This document shows, piece after piece, positions 59,831 through 64,000 of a stretch of DNA of 64,000 nucleotides. Position 1 is the stretch's first letter; each line of letters starts with the position of its first letter. Made by a program: the position numbers and the translations under genes. The DNA is from Mustelus asterias (lineage: Eukaryota): assembly GCF_964213995.1 (NCBI RefSeq), contig NW_027590388.1, positions 62,001 to 126,000 on the forward strand, written 5' to 3'. The notes below the pieces were generated by a model. That model searched no databases. It had not been told where the DNA came from and saw nothing but the letters and a program-made list of their open reading frames with translations.

Positions 59831-60937
59831 CAGAGAAAAGGGAGTGAGAGAGTGCCCACAAAAACACAAAGGCAGGTTATGAAATTGAGCTGAATGAATC
59901 TGGTCATCTGTGGGGCCGACCTGAGGAAAAAGTAACCATGGAAGCTCCTGGATTGTCACAAAAACCCAACTGGTTCACTAATGTCCTTCAGGGAAGGGGA
60001 CTTACCACCCAGTCTGGGCCTACACAAGACTCTGGCCTCTATGGGAGGGGAGAGAGGTGAAAGATGCAGGAACAAAGGAGGTGATTTTCTACTTTGAATT
60101 CTAGAACTCTGACAAAATTCTCCAAACCTTCAACTTCCGCACCAAGGAGGACCAGGTGTATGCGAACACCATAATCTCCAAATTCCCCTCCAACTCGCAC
60201 CGTCCTGCCCTGTCGGATATCCAGTACTGAATGAACAGCAATGTGCTCCATTTAACTACTGGGAAGAAGAAAACCATTGTTTCTCTTCAGTCCCCGCTAC
60301 AAACTCCACTCCCAAACTACTGACTCCATCCTTCTCCCTGATAACTGTCTGAGACTGAACCGGACTGTTCCCAGCCTCAATAACAGCTTTCACTCTAAAC
60401 TGAGCTCCTGACCTCATATCTGCATCATCACCAAGACTGCCAATTTCCATCTCAGTAACATCATCTGTCTCTTTCCTTGATTCTGCTCATCTGCAGCTGG
60501 AACTCTCATCCATTCCTTCAATAACTCCAGACTTAACTATCCGAATGCATTCCCGGCCTCCTACATTCAATCGCCCTGAAGTCTTAAAGTCATCCAAATC
60601 TCTGCTGGCCATGTGCTTCCTCACACCAAGTCTTGTTCACTCATCACCCCCGACCTCACTGACCTGCAAAGGCACTTAGTGTATAACACTTCTTTGAAAT
60701 GCCGTGGGAAAGTCTATGACATGGAAGACATATAAATACAGATTGTTATTATTGACATGTATCAGCGTTCCTTCATCATTACTGGGTGAATAACCTGTAA
60801 CTCTTACTGAACGAATTGTGGGAGCACCTTCACCACATGGACTGCAACGGTTCAAGAAGGTCAAACATCATCTTGCCCACAGGTACCTGGGGATGGGGAA
60901 TGTTTGCTGCTGGTCTTGTTAGTGAAAGGACACAGTC

Positions 60938-61230
60938 TATTTATTTATTAGCATCATAAGTAGGCTTACATTCACATTGCAATGAAGTTACTGTGAAAAC
61001 TCCATAGTCGCCACACTCCGGCACCTGTTCGGGTTTACTGAGGGAGCATTTAGCATGGCCAATGCACCTAACCAGCACGTCTTTCGGACTGTGGGAGGAA
61101 ACCAGAGCACCCAGAGGAAACCCACGCAGACACGGAGAGAATGTGCAAACTCGACACAGACTCCACAAGGCTGGGAATCGAATCCGGGTCCCTGGCGCTG
61201 TGACGCAGCAGTGCTAACCACCGTGCCACC
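60938..61230 (-). mobile_element. V-SINE variant
   Basis: Same layout as 31990-32286. Confidence 0.85.
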
Positions 61231-61312
61231 TTAATTTTCACATCAAAGCAAAAACAGTGACTTAACTATTTGGGACTTTCAAAGGTGGTGATTTTAACCA
61301 ACATTCCCCACG

Positions 61313-61893
61313 GTGGTGAATGTTGAGTTTAAAAGTTGGCAAATTATGTTACAGTCATATAAAATATTGGTTAGGTCACATTTGGAATACTGTGTCCAAT
61401 TCTGGTCGGCATTCTACCAGAAGGACGTGGTAGCTTTGGAGGGAGTACAGAAAATGTTTACCAGGATGTTGCATGGTATGGAGGGTATTAGCTATGAGGA
61501 AAGATTGAATAAACTGGAAAGATGGAGGCCATGGGGCAACCTGATAGAAGTTTATAAAATTATGAGGGGCGTAGGTAAGGTAACAGTTGGAAGCTTTCTT
61601 CCTGGCAGAAATGACAATCACAAGGGGGCACAATTCAAAGTAAGGGGGGGGGGAAAGTTCAGTGGAGACACGGGGGGAAGTTTTTTTACACAGTGGGTGG
61701 TGGGGCCTGGAATGCACTGCCAAGTGAGGTGGTCGAGGCAGATACATTAGCAACATTTAAAACTTATCTGGATAGAAACATGAACAGACGGTGTATAGAG
61801 GGATATAAGCGGTTGGTTTAGATAGGATAACGTGATGGGCGCAGGCTTGTGGGCCGAAGGGCCTGTTCCTGTGCTGTACTGTTCTTTGTTCTT
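61313..61893 (+). mobile_element. CR1 3' fragment
   Basis: LVRSHLEYCVQFWS; tail TGTTCTTTGTTCTTT. Confidence 0.85.
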
Positions 61894-61914
61894 TATCCCC
61901 TATCCACACCATAG

Positions 61915-62240
61915 GGGAACAGTGCGCAGGCGCAGTACCGAACATGGTAGGGAGCATGCGCGATGTCAGTGATGGCGAAGGGGAGAGAGGATCCTTTTGT
62001 CTGATCCGCAGCCGGTAAAGATGTGGAAACGCGCAGGGCCGATGGAGTCGGCGGGTGAACGGGGAGGGTTTCTAAATACCTGCTGAAAGCCTCAAACCGC
62101 GAATACGGACCTGCAGGTTCCGCGTTTGCAGCTCCGGTTTGTCCTCCCGGGGCGAAGACCCCGGTTACCAGCCGCCATCTTAGTTCAGCGGAGGGCAGAG
62201 CGCATGCGCTGGCGTCTTGGTGACGCGCATTGTGACACAA
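61915..62240. promoter_or_regulatory. Putative bidirectional CpG-rich promoter (G cassettes - / ZNF H +)
   Basis: NRF1-like GCGCATGCGC (~62200) and AGCATGCGCG, YY1-like GCCGCCATCTT (62171), GCATTGTGAC. Confidence 0.65.
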
Positions 62241-62865
62241 CAGAGAGTGGATGGGATTCAGGATTTCTGTTTTTAACTGGGTCCTAGTGCCCGAGGCCAC
62301 ATAAAAGGTTCAGAGACACTGGTCAGAACTTTCTGGTTCAGTGAGGAAGGTTCCCTTTGGTTTTGTTGATGCTTGGTTGTTGATTTTTGTCTTTCAGTTC
62401 GTTTGGACCATATGATTGGAGGGAATAAGAAAGGAAAGAATGTTCCATCCAAACTAGAATTGTCTGTTTTGAATTTCTATCCTGTATTTACACTGATAAC
62501 TTCTGTAAACTCCTTTTACAGGGGATTAGGATGGGAGGATTGACAGGTGGGAAACTTAAATCAAACATCACATTGAGATCTGACAGTCATTCGATTCATC
62601 AGGACCTGAATATCAATGTGGAAGGAGAAATGTTTATTTGTTCTGTCTGTGGGAAAAGATTTCAGACATCAGTGTGATTGGAAAAGCACCGAGACACACA
62701 CACACCCGAGTGAAGGTGTTCCAGTGAACTGACTGTGGAAAGAGCTTGAACCAGTTACACAGCCTGAAAAAACATCACACCATTCACAGCAGGGAGGAAC
62801 CGTACATGTGCAGTGTGTGTAGTCAACTGATCATCAACCTGGAGAGACACAAGGATACCGGCACC

Positions 62866-63624
62866 ATGGAGAAACCATGGAAATGTGAGGATTGTGGGAA
62901 GGGATTCAAATGGCCATCCCAGCTGGAAATCCATCAGCGCACTCACACTGGGGAGAGGCCATTCACCTGCTCCATGTGTGGGAAGGGATTCAGAGAGTCA
63001 TCCAACCTGCTGCAACACCAGCGAGTTCACACTGACCTGAGACCTTTTAAATGTCCAGACTGCGGGAAGGGCTATAAAAGTTCTGGGGACCTGATGTCCC
63101 ATCAACGTGTTCACACTGACCAGAGGCCATTTAGGTGCTCTCACTGCGGGACTGGGTTCAGGAAATCATCTGAATTCACTGTACACCAGCGCACTCACAC
63201 TGGGGAGAGGCCATTCACCTGCTCCATGTGTGGGAAGGGGTTCATTAATTCATCCAACCTGTCGAGACACCAGCGCACTCACTCTGATGCAAGAACTTTT
63301 AAATGTCCTGACTGTGAGGAGAGCTTTAAAAACAGTGATAATCTGCTGAGACATCGACGCACTCACACTGGAGAGAGGCCATTCGCCTGCTCTGAGTGTG
63401 GGAAGGGATTCACTCGATCAGCCGCACTGCTGACACACCGGCGAGTTCACAGCGGAGAGAGGCCGTTCACCTGCTCCGAGTGTGGGAAAAGATTTACTTG
63501 TTCATCTCATCTATTGAAACACCAGCGCACTCACACTGTGGAGAGACCATTCACCTGCTCTGAGTGTGGGAAGGGATTCACTCAATCTTCTAACCTGCTG
63601 ACACACCAGCAAATTCACAAGTGA
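62866..63624 (+). CDS. Tandem C2H2 zinc-finger protein H, 9 fingers, 252 aa
   Basis: ACCATGG start, MEKPWKC, 9 intact fingers; acceptor TTTTACAG at 62521; its 3' flank 63690-63895 resembles the ZNF B flank 10985-11190. Confidence 0.9.
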   Translation: MEKPWKCEDCGKGFKWPSQLEIHQRTHTGERPFTCSMCGKGFRESSNLLQHQRVHTDLRPFKCPDCGKGYKSSGDLMSHQRVHTDQRPFRCSHCGTGFRKSSEFTVHQRTHTGERPFTCSMCGKGFINSSNLSRHQRTHSDARTFKCPDCEESFKNSDNLLRHRRTHTGERPFACSECGKGFTRSAALLTHRRVHSGERPFTCSECGKRFTCSSHLLKHQRTHTVERPFTCSECGKGFTQSSNLLTHQQIHK

Positions 63625-64000
63625 GTGCAGAGGTTGGAGTTCTCTGTTATTGCTGCTGTTGATCACATTGAGGACTAAATGTGTGGATTAAACCTGAGGT
63701 GTGTAAGGAATGTGTCCCAGCTGCTCTCTTCCATGGTTCAGAGCTCCTCGGCACGGAACAGAGGCTCCTTTACAACTGTGTTTAGAGTCAGGAAGAACAA
63801 CAGTGAATGCTGGAAACATGCTGTCAAATCAGAGATTGTTGTAAAACTGGGATCTGTTCCTGAGTGAGAGTGAAACAGCAGGTTTAAGTTTCCTGTCTGG
63901 AACTGATTGTGGTAATTATGGTAATCATAGAATCCCTACAATGCAGAAGGAGGCCATTTGGCCCATCGAGTCTGTACCGACTCTCTGTCAGAGCATCTTA

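Overview
Eukaryotic, vertebrate DNA, most likely from a shark or other elasmobranch (inferred from HE1/V-SINE-like SINEs together with CR1 and Penelope-like repeats). The window is a cluster of tandem C2H2 zinc-finger genes: eight near-complete arrays (labelled A-H) plus at least two remnants. Most sit in head-to-head pairs around CpG-rich promoters, and none has a recognisable KRAB, SCAN, BTB or SET domain in the finger exon. The intergenic space is packed with retroelements: CR1/L2, Rex1 and Tx1 LINE fragments, V-SINEs, Penelope-like elements carrying hammerhead ribozymes, solo LTRs, and one intact, very young Ty3/Gypsy element (16352-21032). Most notable: (1) the Gypsy element has no tRNA primer-binding site, and a 13-nt sequence in its place is perfectly complementary to its own LTR poly(A)-signal region; its RT motif is YLDN. 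(2) All eight ZNF arrays keep a frame-preserved 'LDSAVIAAVNHIQD'-like extension after their stop position, and two paralogs have lost that stop. (3) The ZNF paralogs share a leader of decayed fingers carrying the same lesions. (4) A palindrome is conserved in four promoters. (5) Two recent duplicates show PRDM9-like finger shuffling. Boundaries of degenerate repeats are approximate, and everything was read by eye without database searches.
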